Assembly (NCBI GenBank): GCA_951406725.2
Contig: OX597819.1
Location: 83,514,001 to 83,578,000 of the forward strand
DNA length: 64,000 nt
Direction of reading: 5' to 3'
DNA from: Octopus vulgaris
Lineage: Eukaryota
Positions 1 through 12,831 of this stretch are shown piece after piece (position 1 is the first letter of the stretch; each line of letters begins with the position of its first letter). The notes beneath the pieces were generated by a model. The model was given only the letters and a program-made list of their open reading frames with translations, was not told the origin of the DNA and made no database searches. The translations under genes and the position numbers were made by a program.

Positions 1-43
1 GAAGGCTGTCCAAAAGCTCAGTTTGCAACCATATGGTTTTGAG

Positions 44-650
44 CAGCACTGGATTAACCCTTAAGCAAAATAAGCACATGCTTAGGGCATTGAGGGAAGG
101 GTGGGCACCACAGTAATTGTAAATAGTTTACGGCACATTAGAAATCATTTTAGACTTGCTAAAATAAATATCGAGTGTGCCTTTCCAAATGTAGACATTA
201 CTTTTCATATATTTTTAACATTAATGGTCACAAATTGCTCAGCTAAGCATTCATTTTCTCAGTTAAAGTATATTAACAATCTCATCAAAACAACTGTGCT
301 ACAAAGAAGGATGGATGCTTTATTTTTACTAAGAAGAGAAGCAGATGCATTACGTAAGATTAATTTTGAAGATCTGCTCAAAAACATTGCAATTAAAGAA
401 AGTTGGAGAAAACTTTAAAGAAAGTTGGAGAAAACTTTAAAGAAAGTTGGAGAAAACTTTTCAAATATAAATAAAGTGGAAGTATACAAAAATAAACATT
501 CTTTTCCATCTTACTGTTAGTTTCGTTTCATGTTGAAGGATAAAAATATATTTTATGGTTTATTATTGTTTATATTTTGGATTACATATGTGTGGGGGCA
601 CTAAAACCTTTTGAGTGCTTAGGGCCTCTGTGGGTCTTAATCCAGCCCTA
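44..650 (+). mobile_element. hAT DNA transposon deletion derivative carrying the transposase C-terminal dimerisation domain
   Basis: Imperfect TIRs (cagcactggattaa ... ttaatccagcccta) and a perfect 8-bp TSD gttttgag (36-43 and 651-658). ORF 101..418 (FPNV..FLTLMVTNCSAKHSFSQLK) matches the hATC pattern (ERSFS decayed). Inserted in a SINE head. Confidence 0.88.
394..460 (+). repeat. 22-bp tandem triplication taaagaaagttggagaaaactt
   Basis: three direct copies read directly. Confidence 0.9.
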
Positions 651-658
651 GTTTTGAG

Positions 659-995
659 TTCAGTTCCAATGTGTAACACCTTGGACAATTGTCTTCTACT
701 GTAGCCCTGGGCCAACCAGTGCTTTTGTGAGTGAATTTACTAGGTGGAAACTGTATGGAAGCTTGTTGCATATATATATATATCTGTGTTTGTATGTTTG
801 TGTTTGTCCCCTCCACTACTTGACAGCTGGTGTTGGTTTGTTTACATACACATAACTTAGCAGTTCGGCAGAAAACTGGTGGAATAATTACCAGACTTAA
901 AAATAATAAATACTTGGGTCAATTTGTTTGACTAAATCCTTCAAGATGGTACCCCAATATGGCCACAATCCAGTGACTGATACAAGTTAAAGATA
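659..995 (+). mobile_element. tRNA-derived SINE family A (head at ~20-43 split off by the hAT insertion)
   Basis: same modules as 21935-22312: B-box-like gttcagttcc, gtcttctactgtagcc, microsatellite, cttagcagttcggca, cagtgactgatacaag. Confidence 0.75.
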
Positions 996-1139
996 AAGAG
1001 AAGGATATCTGTGAATGAGAGTGCTTACATTTAAATATGGAATTTTTTGTTTGCATATAGTTGTAGAAAAAAATTTAATTTAAGCATAATTTGAATTTAA
1101 AACATTTTTGAAAAAAAAAAATCTTATTTTCTTTTATAG

Positions 1140-1220
1140 GCTTTTGGAAATGCTAAAACTACGCGAAATGATAATTCTAGCAGATTTGGAAAATTTATGG
1201 ATATACAATTTGATTATAAG
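1140..1220 (+). CDS. MYO1C: myosin-Ic-like exon 1 in window (switch I): [27 protein letters not shown]
   Basis: tttatag acceptor, gtaagt donor, 81 nt, canonical myosin motif. Confidence 0.97.
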
Positions 1221-2220
1221 GTAAGTGGTACACATTTTAAAGTTGTAAACACAACTAACAGCTAACATTGTTAGCTGTTATGTGTGGATCTGTTTCACAG
1301 AAACTGAAAGAAGCCAACCATATGTGCATGTGTGTCTTCTTGCCTTGGCTTTGCCTTGTCATTGTAAATGAATGTCACTGTCATGTAAGAAGCAGTGTCA
1401 TTGAATTACAATCTTCCACAAAAACATGCCTGGTCATGGGGAATATTACCTTACTTGGAAACAGGTGAAGGTTGGCAACGGGAAGAACATTTAGTTGTAG
1501 AAAATCCACCCCAATAACTTCTATCCAACCCATGTCAGCATGGAAAAGTGGACATTAGAATGATGATGATGCTGATTATTTTTTCAACTCATTTTCTATA
1601 ATTATAATAATGTAATCACAACAGAAATGTGAAGAGAAGTAAACCAGTCTTTTGTTATGGACAGTTGTATGTAATTCTTTCTTGAACATGTTTACAGTTG
1701 GCATTAAGATAAGAATAACAGATAACGTTCAAGGTGGAAAAGACGACAAGTGTATGGCAAAGAATATAGTTTTCGAAGATGTTCTATCCTAAGACTGCAC
1801 TTTCAATACTACCTATGCAGACTTTATTCTGTCTTAAGAATCAGCACTTGAGGGAAAATGCAATTACAAAAGAAATTGTGTATTTCATAGCTCTCTAAAC
1901 TTCCAGCAATCATCAAGTTTTTCAAAGCCATGGAATTCCCATGGGTAACGCAATGATTATTATGAGGTTTCAGGTCTAAGTAAATATCAGATCACTCTCT
2001 CTATGTTCCTGTCTCTTTCTCTCTTCTTTCTTTTCTCAAAACATTTTCTCTGTCACTTTTACAATTTATTCCCTTTCTATCTTTTTTTTTCTTCTTCCCA
2101 TTTCTCTTTTTACTTTGTCTGATTCTGTGTTTCGACATCTCTCCTTGTCACTGTAAGAGTCTTTTTTATAAAGTAGACCTTGGAAAATAAACTGACCATA
2201 TTTTTAAAATTCTATTAAAG

Positions 2221-2400
2221 GGAGCTCCTGTGGGTGGACATATACTCAACTATCTTCTGGAAAAATCTCGAGTTATTCACCATGCTCCTGGAGAACGTAA
2301 TTTTCATGTGTTTTACCAACTTTTATGCAGCAAAGATCAGGAATTACTTGAGAAAGTGAATCTCGATGATGATCCCAATAAGTACCACTATTTATGTCAG
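2221..2400 (+). CDS. MYO1C: exon 2: [18 protein letters not shown]...[11 protein letters not shown]...YHYLCQ
   Basis: taaag acceptor, gtaata donor, 180 nt; overlaps ORF 2230..2415. Confidence 0.97.
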
Positions 2401-3159
2401 GTAATATGCTTTTAAAATACTATAAATTTATTTATAATAAATCTATTTCTTTTGTTTAAAACTCTGTTGTGTTTGTTATATTATTCAGTAGTTTATAAAG
2501 TGAAAAATCCCAGCCTCCTACCTCCAAATAGTAATAACTAAACACTTTTGCCCCCTCTTTATTAATGAGAAAGCAAAAATTTCTGAAACGAATGAAATAG
2601 TACTATACATGTTTCCCACCAAATAGATACTGTGGCAACTTCAAAAAATGAATGCTATGTATCTTCAAATGATTTAATTTCAAATTCTGCCTCGTGTTGA
2701 GGTATCTTGTAGTTATCTCCCTTGTGTTAATGGCTATAGTTACATAGAATAGAGATGGCCTCTGTTTAATTCTAGTTTCTTCTCCATGGTGTTGGACAAA
2801 TTCAAAGACTTAAAACTATCTTAGTTTTATTAAATATGATTATTTGTCCACCCCTTTTCAGTCCTCACCCCCTGAAAACCACTGCTATAATTCATTTGTC
2901 AGTGAAATTCTCATTGTTACTTGTTTGGTTATGCTAAAACTTTGAAACTATTTAGAAAAAGCTGAAATGGGTTATCTTACATTAGTTAGGTAATTAGTCA
3001 CATAAAAATAGCATTAGTAAGGCTTGTGTTTGAGCTTAAAATTTGTGTGCTTGTCTGTTGTTAAAAGGATGATTTCCACATGTGTTATTCAAATATTCAT
3101 CTTATAATCCTTGAAAACTTTTCATAGTGATGACATATATCATATACTGAAGTCTGTTC

Positions 3160-3480
3160 CACTTAAGCACCCCATTCAATTCCTATAGAGCATAGGCCAT
3201 CAACAACTTTTCTCATTGTTCTCAACTCTGGGCTGTACCTGTACTTTCTATTTCCCCGAAAGAAGACCCTCTCCCAAGGCTTGTTGATTATTGAATTGTC
3301 TTTGATGTTTGTAACTTACTGTAGGGGTGTTGGCCCTATGCAAACTCATGTTTACCTCTTGGAAGGGGTGATCTCTATTAGTCTGGCCCATTTTCTTTGA
3401 CCTGCCCATCATGGGAAGCCCCATCAGAAGCTTGTGCTTCTCTGGCTTAACTCTCAGGCTCACTGAGGCACGCAAGCAAC
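3160..3480 (-). mobile_element. old RTE-derived non-autonomous relic (possibly bipartite 5'UTR plus 3' end)
   Basis: gacctgcccatcatggga...ctctcaggctcactgaggcacgcaagc and gagcataggccatcaaca resemble RTE termini; recalled similarity, not aligned. Confidence 0.4.
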
Positions 3481-4444
3481 AAGGCTTGGACTTTGTAGTA
3501 GGAAGTCTGCTCTACAAAGATTTTTTTAATAATAATGAAATTATTGCATACATTGCTCAGGTGCACCACAATTCCAGGAATATTTGTTGCAGGCATGACT
3601 TTTGGTTAGGAAATTTGTTTTGCAACCATGTGGTTTGAGATTTGATCCCAGTATAGAACACCTTCTGCCATAGCCTTGAGTTGATGAAAGCTTTATGAAA
3701 TTTGGTAAACAGAAATTGTGTAAAACCCTTTATGTGGGATTGTTTTTACTCTTGATGGTTAACTTAATCTGTAGCCTAATTAGCATCACCTTTTGGCTCT
3801 TGGGTACCTCTAACAGAGTTCAGTTGCTGCAAGTCTTTTGAATAGGTCACCAGTCTAAACATAACTTACTCCCACTTGTCTCAGATGCTCTGAAAACAGC
3901 TGTGAGTACTGCCCTTCCTCCTCTGGCTATCCCCTTTTAGGAAGTGTCTTGAAAAATGCTAGCTCTGTACAAGACCATGTGTGCTCTACAGTACAGTATT
4001 CCGATCAAATCTGTGGGACAGTGTACCCACCACATATTTTGGATTACATGCAAAAAAATACACAGGTAATGCCTTATAAACCTTCACACTTCAACACTTT
4101 TTATAATATTTTCCTCGACTAAATTGCAACCCTGACTTCCTCTGGTCATGTTTTCCCTCTGCACATTTATTTACAGAAGTTTAATCTAATCTTTACCAGA
4201 GTATCCCTCTCCTAGACTGAATGATACAGTGTGGAAACCTTCCTTGTCTTTGTTTAAGTTCTAAGTTAAAAATTCTGAAGATGCAACTGAATGAACTCCA
4301 GTATATTACTTGCAGTTTTAAGCACTTGTAATATACTGAGTTATTCAATTGTCAATACTTCTTTTTTACAAAACTTATCCATGTTTCTGCACAAAAAATT
4401 GTTATATCTGTTTGTGCCATTAAGTATTCAACATATATTTTCAG

Positions 4445-4543
4445 GGAAAAAGTATTAAGATTGCATCTATTGACGATAAGAAGAACTTTGAAGAAATGCG
4501 TCAAGCCTTGAAAATCTGTGATTTCTCCAGTTCTGAAGAAGAG
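4445..4543 (+). CDS. MYO1C: exon 3: GKSIKIASIDDKKNFEEMRQALKICDFSSSEEE
   Basis: tttcag acceptor, gtaag donor, 99 nt in frame. Confidence 0.93.
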
Positions 4544-5499
4544 GTAAGATGTTATATTTAAACTTAAGTTTCAATATCAGCATATTCTGTGTGTAATAAT
4601 TGAATTTTTAAAATTGGATTTTTAATGACTTTGTTTTGGTATGGATGTAGTGGTGAGTTCCTATTAAACTAAGATTGTGATGCAGATGAGATTCCTAACA
4701 GAGTAATTTACCTCGTTGATACTTTGTTCCTATGATCTCTGACCTTAGATGCATAATAGTTTAGAGAAGACTAAGCTCTATCAGATTGCAATTTTATTCT
4801 CAATATTTTCTGTACCTGTGGTTCCTAAATGGTGTGCTACTAGGTAACCCATAGATTTTTGGAAATATAATTTAAGGCTTTAGAATATCCATGTTATTCA
4901 ATATTTCATTTTTGTTTCATAAGTGCAGGCATGGCTGTGGGATAGAAATTTGGTTTCCAACCACATGGTTTGAGTTCAAATTACCTGGGCTGGTAATTTG
5001 TGTGTGTGTCTGTGTGTGGGTGCGTGTTTGTACCTCCTGATCTTGATGTTGCATGATAGTTGTAAATAGGTATCACCATGTTAAGGGCAGTGTTATTTGT
5101 GTCCAGTCATCCATGAAAATATGTCTAACCACGGAGAAATACTAACATGTTTGGAAACAGGTGAAGGTTGTAGAAAATCTGCCTCAACAAATTTCATCTG
5201 ACCCATGCAAGTATGGGAAAGTGGATATTCAGAAGAAGAAGGAAGAGAAGGTAGTGATGATGGTTGTGATGATGATGGTGATGAAATGTACCAGTAATTA
5301 TTAACTTTCTGTATGAAGTATACCAGTAAATATTTGTTTCGTCTTTCTGTGCTCTACATAGTCAATAGATTGAGCACCATTGATCTATATGAAAGTGAAA
5401 CTTATGATGAAGGATTACAAAACAGTTTCTTTTACATCTTGTTACTGTCCCTCCATCTTCACTGCCCATTGTTCCTGAGAGGGTCATTACATAGGAGTC

Positions 5500-6130
5500 C
5501 TTAAGCCTTTCCTCCATAAAGTCCTATCTGAAGCAACCATTATTACGTTTTCCTACTGGATTCCTAAGCTTGACCAGCTGAGACTATGGATGTTATCCAG
5601 CCATCTTACTCATGATCTACCCCTAGATCTCCTACCAGTTGGCTTAACTTGAAGAATTTGTTTTGTGATCATTGCCTGTAACATTCTAATTCCATGTCCA
5701 TAATACTGAGGCCACGACCTCTTGATGGGGGAGAAGTTGCAACTCAACCTAGACAGACTTCCTGATCTCCAAGCTATGTAACACTCTGTTGAGTAACATT
5801 ACCCCAGAGATTCTTCAGAGGAATCCCATTTCAGCTACTTGTGTTCATATTTGAATACTTTCGGTCATTGCCTAACATTCATGACCATATGTAAGGATAG
5901 GCACATAAACCAAATTAAAGATAGTAAATTCGGCATTTTTACCATCCTCTCCTTTTCTGAAGATTGAATGCTGAAGTTGGCACATTACTGTGACAGCACC
6001 TGCAATTCTAACATTCAACAGCCTTAAACTTGACCACTTGCCTCAGTGAAATGCCATTAACATGCAGAGTGCATCTGGAAGACTTTCTTGAGATGGCCAT
6101 TGTCTCAGTCTTCACAACACTTATTCTCAC
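5500..6130 (-). pseudogene. degenerate RTE-clade (Rex3/Expander-like) LINE ORF C-terminal region
   Basis: minus-strand reading gives VYVPILTYGHEC*AMTE..QVAEMGFL*RISG with stops, the RTE post-RT motif. Confidence 0.7.
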
Positions 6131-6395
6131 CCCATGGCAACAAACCCATTCAGTGCATGCTGCAGATCACTGTCGGACAAGCCAAGTAGCACCATGTTGT
6201 CTGAAAATATCAGCCAGCCAATCCTATACTCATCTTGTTAATAGTGGATATTGTTAAAAAAATTTTTCTTTATTTTTCAAATTGTCTATTATTTTTGTTA
6301 TATGCTCAACCTTTTATTTATCTCATTTTTATCTTTTCCATTTAGAAATTCATTATCATTTGCAAATATTCCATTTCCTTTTTTTTCTCTTTCAG

Positions 6396-6506
6396 TCCTT
6401 GTTTTCTATTGTTGCAGCTGTGATCCACTTAGGAAATATAACTCATAAAGAAGACCAGGGTGTGGCTAAACTATCACTTAATGGACATGAAACTTATATT
6501 GCCAAA
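6396..6506 (+). CDS. MYO1C: exon 4: SLFSIVAAVIHLGNI...ETYIAK
   Basis: polypyrimidine-cag acceptor, gtaagt donor, 111 nt; HLGNI motif. Confidence 0.95.
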
Positions 6507-6828
6507 GTAAGTAACTCAACCACTTACTGAAAATGTTTCACTTATTGAACTGTTTGCTTTATCTTGTAAATAAATTAAGTATGTTTAGGTTGGATAATCA
6601 GGTATTTTTCAAAGTTAACATATTGCATTTCATGTGGTAATTACGAGTGTAATCTCATTTTTTTATAATATACTTTTTTTTTTTGCACTTAATCATGGAC
6701 GCATAAATGAGTGGCCTGGTTGTTATCATAAAGTTTGGTTGTTCAATTTTTGGATTAGGTGACAAGTTATGTCCTTGAGTAAGGCACTTCATTTCACATT
6801 GTTCTTGTCTTCCCAACAGAAAATAAGT

Positions 6829-7245
6829 AAGGTGGTGAGCTGGCAGAAACGTTAGCACACCGGGCAAAATGCTTAGCAGTATTTCATCTGCCATTATGTT
6901 CTGAGTTCAAATTCCGCCATGGTCGACTTTGCCTTTCATCCTTTCGGGGTCGATAAATTAAGTACCAGTTATGCACTGGGCTCGATGTAATCAGCTTAAT
7001 CCCTTTGTCTGTCCTTATTTGTCCCCTCTGTGTTTAGCCCCTTGTGGGTAGTAAAGAAATAGGTATTTCATCTACCGTTACATTCTGAGTTCAAATTCTG
7101 CCAAGGTCGACTTTGCCTTTCATCCTTTCGGGGTCGATAAATTAAGTACCAATTATGCACTGGGGTCGATGTAATTGACTTAATCTCTTTGTCTGTCCTT
7201 ATTTGTCCCCTCTATGTTTAGCCCCTTGTGGGCAATAAAGAAATA
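6829..7245 (+). mobile_element. SINE family B, tandem dimer
   Basis: gagctggcagaaacgttagc head, gagttcaaattcc B box, ctttcatcctttcggggtcgataaattaagtacc core; second unit from 7062; TSD agaaaataagt / agaaaatgagt. Confidence 0.85.
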
Positions 7246-8397
7246 AGAAAATGAGTACCAGCCTTTGCTAGTGCAGCTCTCTCACTCCCTCCCTGAAGCT
7301 GTTACATCCTTGATGTGATGATAATGATTGGACAAACTGAAAGCTAAAGGCTAGTAGCAAAATGGAAGCTTAAAGAGAATTCTCTTAAAGACAGCAAAAA
7401 TGAAAAATTGTATGATGGGGGTGGAGATGGTGTCTATGTCTGCTCGTGATTACATAAGCACCTAAAATAATGAGCAAAATCATGGTACATGCTACCAGAT
7501 CATACTCACTTGCAAGTCATCGCTATGATTTTTGGTGCCCATCTATAATATTGAACATTAATCTTATGATTTTCTAATCATTACTTTCACTAGTCCTTGG
7601 AAGTTTTATGTTTAAGTCTAATAACTAAAACATGTGTAGAGTTATCTTCCATACTGAAATGATTAAAATAATTTTAATCTTTGAAGTAATGTTATCTTTT
7701 AAATTAGGTGTTTAATGCTCACTTCATTACTTAACTTTTATTTTAATGCAAATATGTCTCTGAGTAATTAACTACAGTAATTGTTTTAAACTGTTCTTGA
7801 ATATAATACTTCAGCTTAGGGTTGAAAAATTCTTTACTCTGTAAAAGAATAAAAAAGAAGACACTGTAACAGTGGTGTAACCAGAATGTGTGCTGCCGGG
7901 GATAGCTCTTGAGTTTTCTCCCCACTCTCCACTTCTTGGTTGCTAGGTCAGAAGTGCCACCCCCACAAAAGCATCACCCGGGATGCTTCACTCTTGTCCT
8001 AACACCTTCACCTGGTTATGTTACTACCCTTTACTTTACCTTTGTCAAGGATGTAGTTCAGCAGATGTTTAGATACAACAATAAATACAGAGATAAAAAG
8101 TAGCCTTTCTAGTGGTTAATTAAAACAAGACTGGATGACCTTTTTTAGCTCCAGGTCATCCTTAATTATGCAAACTTAACCATAATCAAAAGAATTCAAA
8201 TTCTTACCTTTCTATCTTTTACTCAAGCACTTTGTAACCAAGAATCCACTATACAAATGTCAATTTTTAAGATGATACTAAGGATATTTGGCTCCTATTT
8301 CTAGCAGACTGAGTATCATTAATTTATGTTTTTTGCTCATTAATTTCTGTTTTTTGCTATTGGAAATTTAGAAATAAATATATTTCTTTGTTTATAG

Positions 8398-8469
8398 TTA
8401 CTTGGATGTCCAGAAGAGGAGCTAATTACAGCTTTGGAACACCGAACTATTGATGTCCGACAGGAAAAG
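8398..8469 (+). CDS. MYO1C: exon 5: LLGCPEEELITALEHRTIDVRQEK
   Basis: tttatag acceptor, gtatgc donor, 72 nt. Confidence 0.93.
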
Positions 8470-10830
8470 GTATGCATCATTATATTACAAAAATTTGATG
8501 AAGTTTTAGTTTTCACTGTAATATTTGATCAGAAAGAATGTATTAACATACTTTGATTCTATATTAATAACAATACAAATTGCATGGTTTGTTAATGATC
8601 AATTTAAACATCATCATCATCCTCATCATGTAACATCTATATTTCATGCTGACATAGGTTGGACAGTTTGACAGGATCCAATTTGTCCAAGGACTGCATT
8701 GTACTCCAGTGTCTGCTTTGGCACTGCCTCTACAGTTGGATACTCTTCCTAACACCAACATACAGCTGAATGGATTTTTTTTCTTTTTCATACCACCAGC
8801 ACTAGTGAGATCACTTTGCAGATTGTGAGACTATGAAACTCAATGTGGTTGAAACAGCTTTATGTGTGGAGATGTAGGATCAAAAGTATGAGAGGAGGTT
8901 GGAGTGAAGCAGAGAAAGTTCCTGTTTTAGAGGAGCTACATGGCTATTCACTTTTAGAAAAGAGGATGAGAATGATAAGTAGGAGCTTCAAAGAGGTAAA
9001 TAGTGATAAGGTGTCCAGGTGGTTCCTCAAGACACGAAACTTTATGCTGTGAGAAAGAAGAGAAGCCTGACATTTCCAGCAGGGCAGAACCCATTTTTAG
9101 AGCAAAGAAATGCCATTTAGTGTTTAGAGATAAATAACCATCTTGGAGTATATCATACAATTTTTCACTTTTGCTTTCTTTAAGAGCATTCTCTTTTAGT
9201 GGTTTATTAGCTTTCATTTTGCTACTAGCCTTTAGTTTTCAGTTTGTCCCATCATTATCATCACCATTTAATGTCCATTGAATGATTCAACAGGAGCTGG
9301 CAAGCTAGGGGACTGTGCCAAGCTTCAATATCAGTTTTAACATTTTTTCCATAGTTGGGTGCCTTTCCTAATGCCAGCCATTTTACAGAGTGTACTGAGT
9401 GATTTTTATGTGGTACCAGCACTAGTGAGGTCATCAAGTAACTTGCAAGGCAAGACCCCTCAATTGAGGGTTGTATAGTGTGGAGCGGGGCCAATAACTT
9501 TAAACCAGGTGATGATAGAAAAACAGTAACAGATGCCTCCGTTGGAAAAGAGAGAAGATTGTGATGAAAGTCAGAGTGCATCTTCAAATACAAGAAGGTG
9601 AATATAAGTAAGAGAAGTGATGCAGAGGATTGGACAGGGTGATTGGGTAGACAAGTGAGTTTGTGAGGGCATGTAAGGGGTGTGTCTAAGTGTGCCAATT
9701 GTTTTCTGTAATACTTGATTTTTTCATGGATTTACTGTTCCATGATATAAAGTACTATGAGTGGCTGTAAAATACACATACGAATCTGATGGTTGTTGAA
9801 CATGATCCAAAAGTTCTCCTTGCTAGCTCTGAACAGTATTTTCTTCATTTGTTTAAAATCATTATTACTATAACAATATTTTCTTTATTTTTCAAAATTC
9901 TTACTGGTGCATTAATAGTATTTGTTGTTGTTACTATTGATGTTGATGATTATTATGATATTGTTGACGATGATAATGATGTTAAGTTGTTTATTTGTGA
10001 AACTGAAATGAAAGCTAAAGTTTGCAGCTGTTATATGGTATGTTATTTTCCAAGATGGCCCAGTTGATTTCTATATGCCTGCAAATTCTGGTAATATTTT
10101 CAACAAAGTTAGGCTTGGTGGACTTGGATAGAGTATGACAGTTGTTGTTCTTTTCCAATTATCGTTGGTGGTGTGCATCATAATGATATCTGGAACTAAT
10201 GAGGGTAGAATATGCTTTACATTAGACAGGAAGGGTGTAAAAGAAGTTGAAACCCATAAGGCATAAAATAAAAAGGCAACATTTGAGAAAATAAATTTGA
10301 ATGTGAACATTTTTTGTAAATAGCATAAGGTATTTCCCTGAGACATTGATATTCTAATTCCAAAGACTCTGAAAAGGGAAAAGATACCATGTCATCATAT
10401 GTCATAAGTCCTTGCTGAATTTTGAAAGATTACTTATATGCAAAGTGGCAGTAAAATTTGCATAAATTTGAAATTATGAAGTAAAAACAGTAGAACATGC
10501 ATGCACACATGCTTATACACATACATACATGATGCACACATAAAACAGTATCATGATGATGATGATGATGTGTGTGTGTGTGTGTGTACACACAGACACA
10601 CACATTTACAGAAGTTGTATTATAATAGAAAACACTTGCCTAAGATGTCATGCAGTGAGACTGATAGGACTAAACTTGAAACCACAAAGTTGCAAAGATG
10701 ATAAGTTAACCACAAACCCATGCCTGTACTTTTGTGTTTATTAAAAAAAACTATGGGTTCTTTATTAATAGTTCATCAGTGGCTAAAACTATATTTCACT
10801 AATTCAACACGTATTTATTACTTTTTCTAG

Positions 10831-10950
10831 ATGCAGACCCCGTTAAATTTGGAACAAGCAATTTATGCTCGAGATGCTCTTGCTAAAGGAATATATGACA
10901 GGCTTTTTACTTGGATTGTCAAAAAGATTAATACATCTCTTGCAACAAAA
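10831..10950 (+). CDS. MYO1C: exon 6: [40 protein letters not shown]
   Basis: ttctag acceptor, gtaag donor, 120 nt; RDALAK motif. Confidence 0.97.
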
Positions 10951-11208
10951 GTAAGAAAATAATAATGAAATTTTAATCATCCGTTATTAATTACTATTAT
11001 ATTTTGACTTTGGTGTTTACTACTAAAATTAGTCATGTTTTAGCTTATATTGTTGTAATTGAAAATTTTCAAAATTATATGAAATTGACACTTCTGAAAA
11101 GAAAATTTATAAATTATATAAAAATGTAATCGTTAATCTTGTATATTTATCAGTGGCTTCACACATGCTGTTACTTCTTCAATGTGTTTCTTTTTCTTAT
11201 TTCTTTAG

Positions 11209-11276
11209 TGTAAAGAAAAGTGTACTTTACTAGGACTGTTAGATATATATGGTTTCGAAATATTCCAAATAAATGG
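11209..11276 (+). CDS. MYO1C: exon 7 (switch II): CKEKCTLLGLLDIYGFEIFQING
   Basis: tttag acceptor, gtaagt donor, 68 nt, ends in phase 2. Confidence 0.96.
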
Positions 11277-12299
11277 GTAAGTTAAACTAAACTTATACAG
11301 AAATATTTTTGTATCAGTTAGTGTTAATTATAATTACAATTTTTTTTTTTCCATCTTTCATTTGCCCTGACAATACAGTACAAAATTTCTGACAACAAGA
11401 ATATCCCATGTTATGAGAATAATGTGTTCTTGTAAAGCAAAATTAATTTTTCCCATTTATTTTCGTATTATAAAGTGATAATGTGTTCTGATAGATTTTT
11501 TTGAAAAAAAAAAAAACAGATAACATAACCACTTAATGCATAAAAATAATTTCTAAACATACATAGTACAATACGTATAGATAAAAACATTTGAAGAGAA
11601 ATATGTTTGGAAATAAATAAGACTCATTATATTGTAATAGGGTATGTTTTACCATGAAACTTGCTGACTACTGTGTGAGAGGTGAGTGGAATGAGGGTTA
11701 CTGGGAGGATGAAAGCCACTATCATATAATTTTTAATCGTCATTTACTTTAGGGTTAAAGAACTTATTCCAAATTGTTTCATGTTTATGATGCACAATCT
11801 CTTTCTACAGCTTAGTGGATGCACTGAATTGGTGGAATTTCCATATTATTATTATCTGTATTCTCATTTTGCTTTTGTTCTTACAGCATTAGCTCCAAAT
11901 AAATTTCTGTGAGACAGTAGCAATTTGAGCACTTCATCTTCTATGATTTATTGAAACAATTACGTCATTTGCAAGTGTCACAATAGCACTCCAAATATGA
12001 TGTAGACTTTGTACTTATGAAAATCTTGTGATGTCACATATATTTTCCAACCTTCATATGTAGTTACAAACAATGCTTTCATGCTGATATTAATACCATT
12101 ACTAGTTGGTTACTCAAAAGTTGGTGGGTTAGTAGTGGTGTTGGTGGTGTCAATTGTATTGTTGTTGCTGTTTAGTCAGAAGTCAATCTTCATTGACCCA
12201 TGATCAAAGCATTTCATTCCACTTTTAAAATATCCCATAGTACTACATTTTCTTATGCGATTGTATTTTATTTCAGATAACACTGCTTTGAAGGGCTTA

Positions 12300-12460
12300 G
12301 TAAATCAAATCACCACCAGTACTTCTTTCTTTTTTTCTTTTTTCAATCTGATATTTATCCTATCAGTCTCTGACATAAACAAACCAACACCAGTTGTCAA
12401 ACAGTGGGCAGAAGGGGAGACAAGCACAAAGACATACACTCATATACATACACATACACT

Positions 12461-12503
<43 letters not shown>

Positions 12504-12665
12504 CAGGCTTCTCCACAGTTTCTATCAACCAAATTCACTTACAAAGCATTGGTCAGCTTGGGGCTAAGTAGAAGATACTTGTCCAAGATGCCACATAATG
12601 GGACTGAACTCAAAACCTTGTAGTTGCAAAATGAACTTCTTAATCACACAGCCATGCCTGTGCCT
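12300..12665 (-). mobile_element. SINE family A copy
   Basis: reverse complement of family A modules around (CA)n, ending cagccatgcctgtgcct. Confidence 0.7.
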
Positions 12666-12725
12666 ATATAATTAAATAAATTCTGATTTGTTGTTTCGTT
12701 CATGAATCCATTCTCCTTTTTCCAG

Positions 12726-12831
12726 GTTTGAGCAATTCTGCATCAACTATTGTAATGAGAAACTCCAACAGCTGTTTATTGAGCTAACTTTGAAATCAGA
12801 ACAAGAAGAGTACCAACGTGAAGGAATTGAG
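12726..12831 (+). CDS. MYO1C: exon 8 (relay helix): [35 protein letters not shown]
   Basis: ttccag acceptor, gtaag donor, 106 nt. Confidence 0.97.

Noticed and set aside
394-460. CRISPR-like repeats (also the 70-nt units at 19130-19390 and short tandems at 16480 and 34005)
   Set aside because: No unique spacers and a eukaryotic intron context; these are simple tandem duplications.
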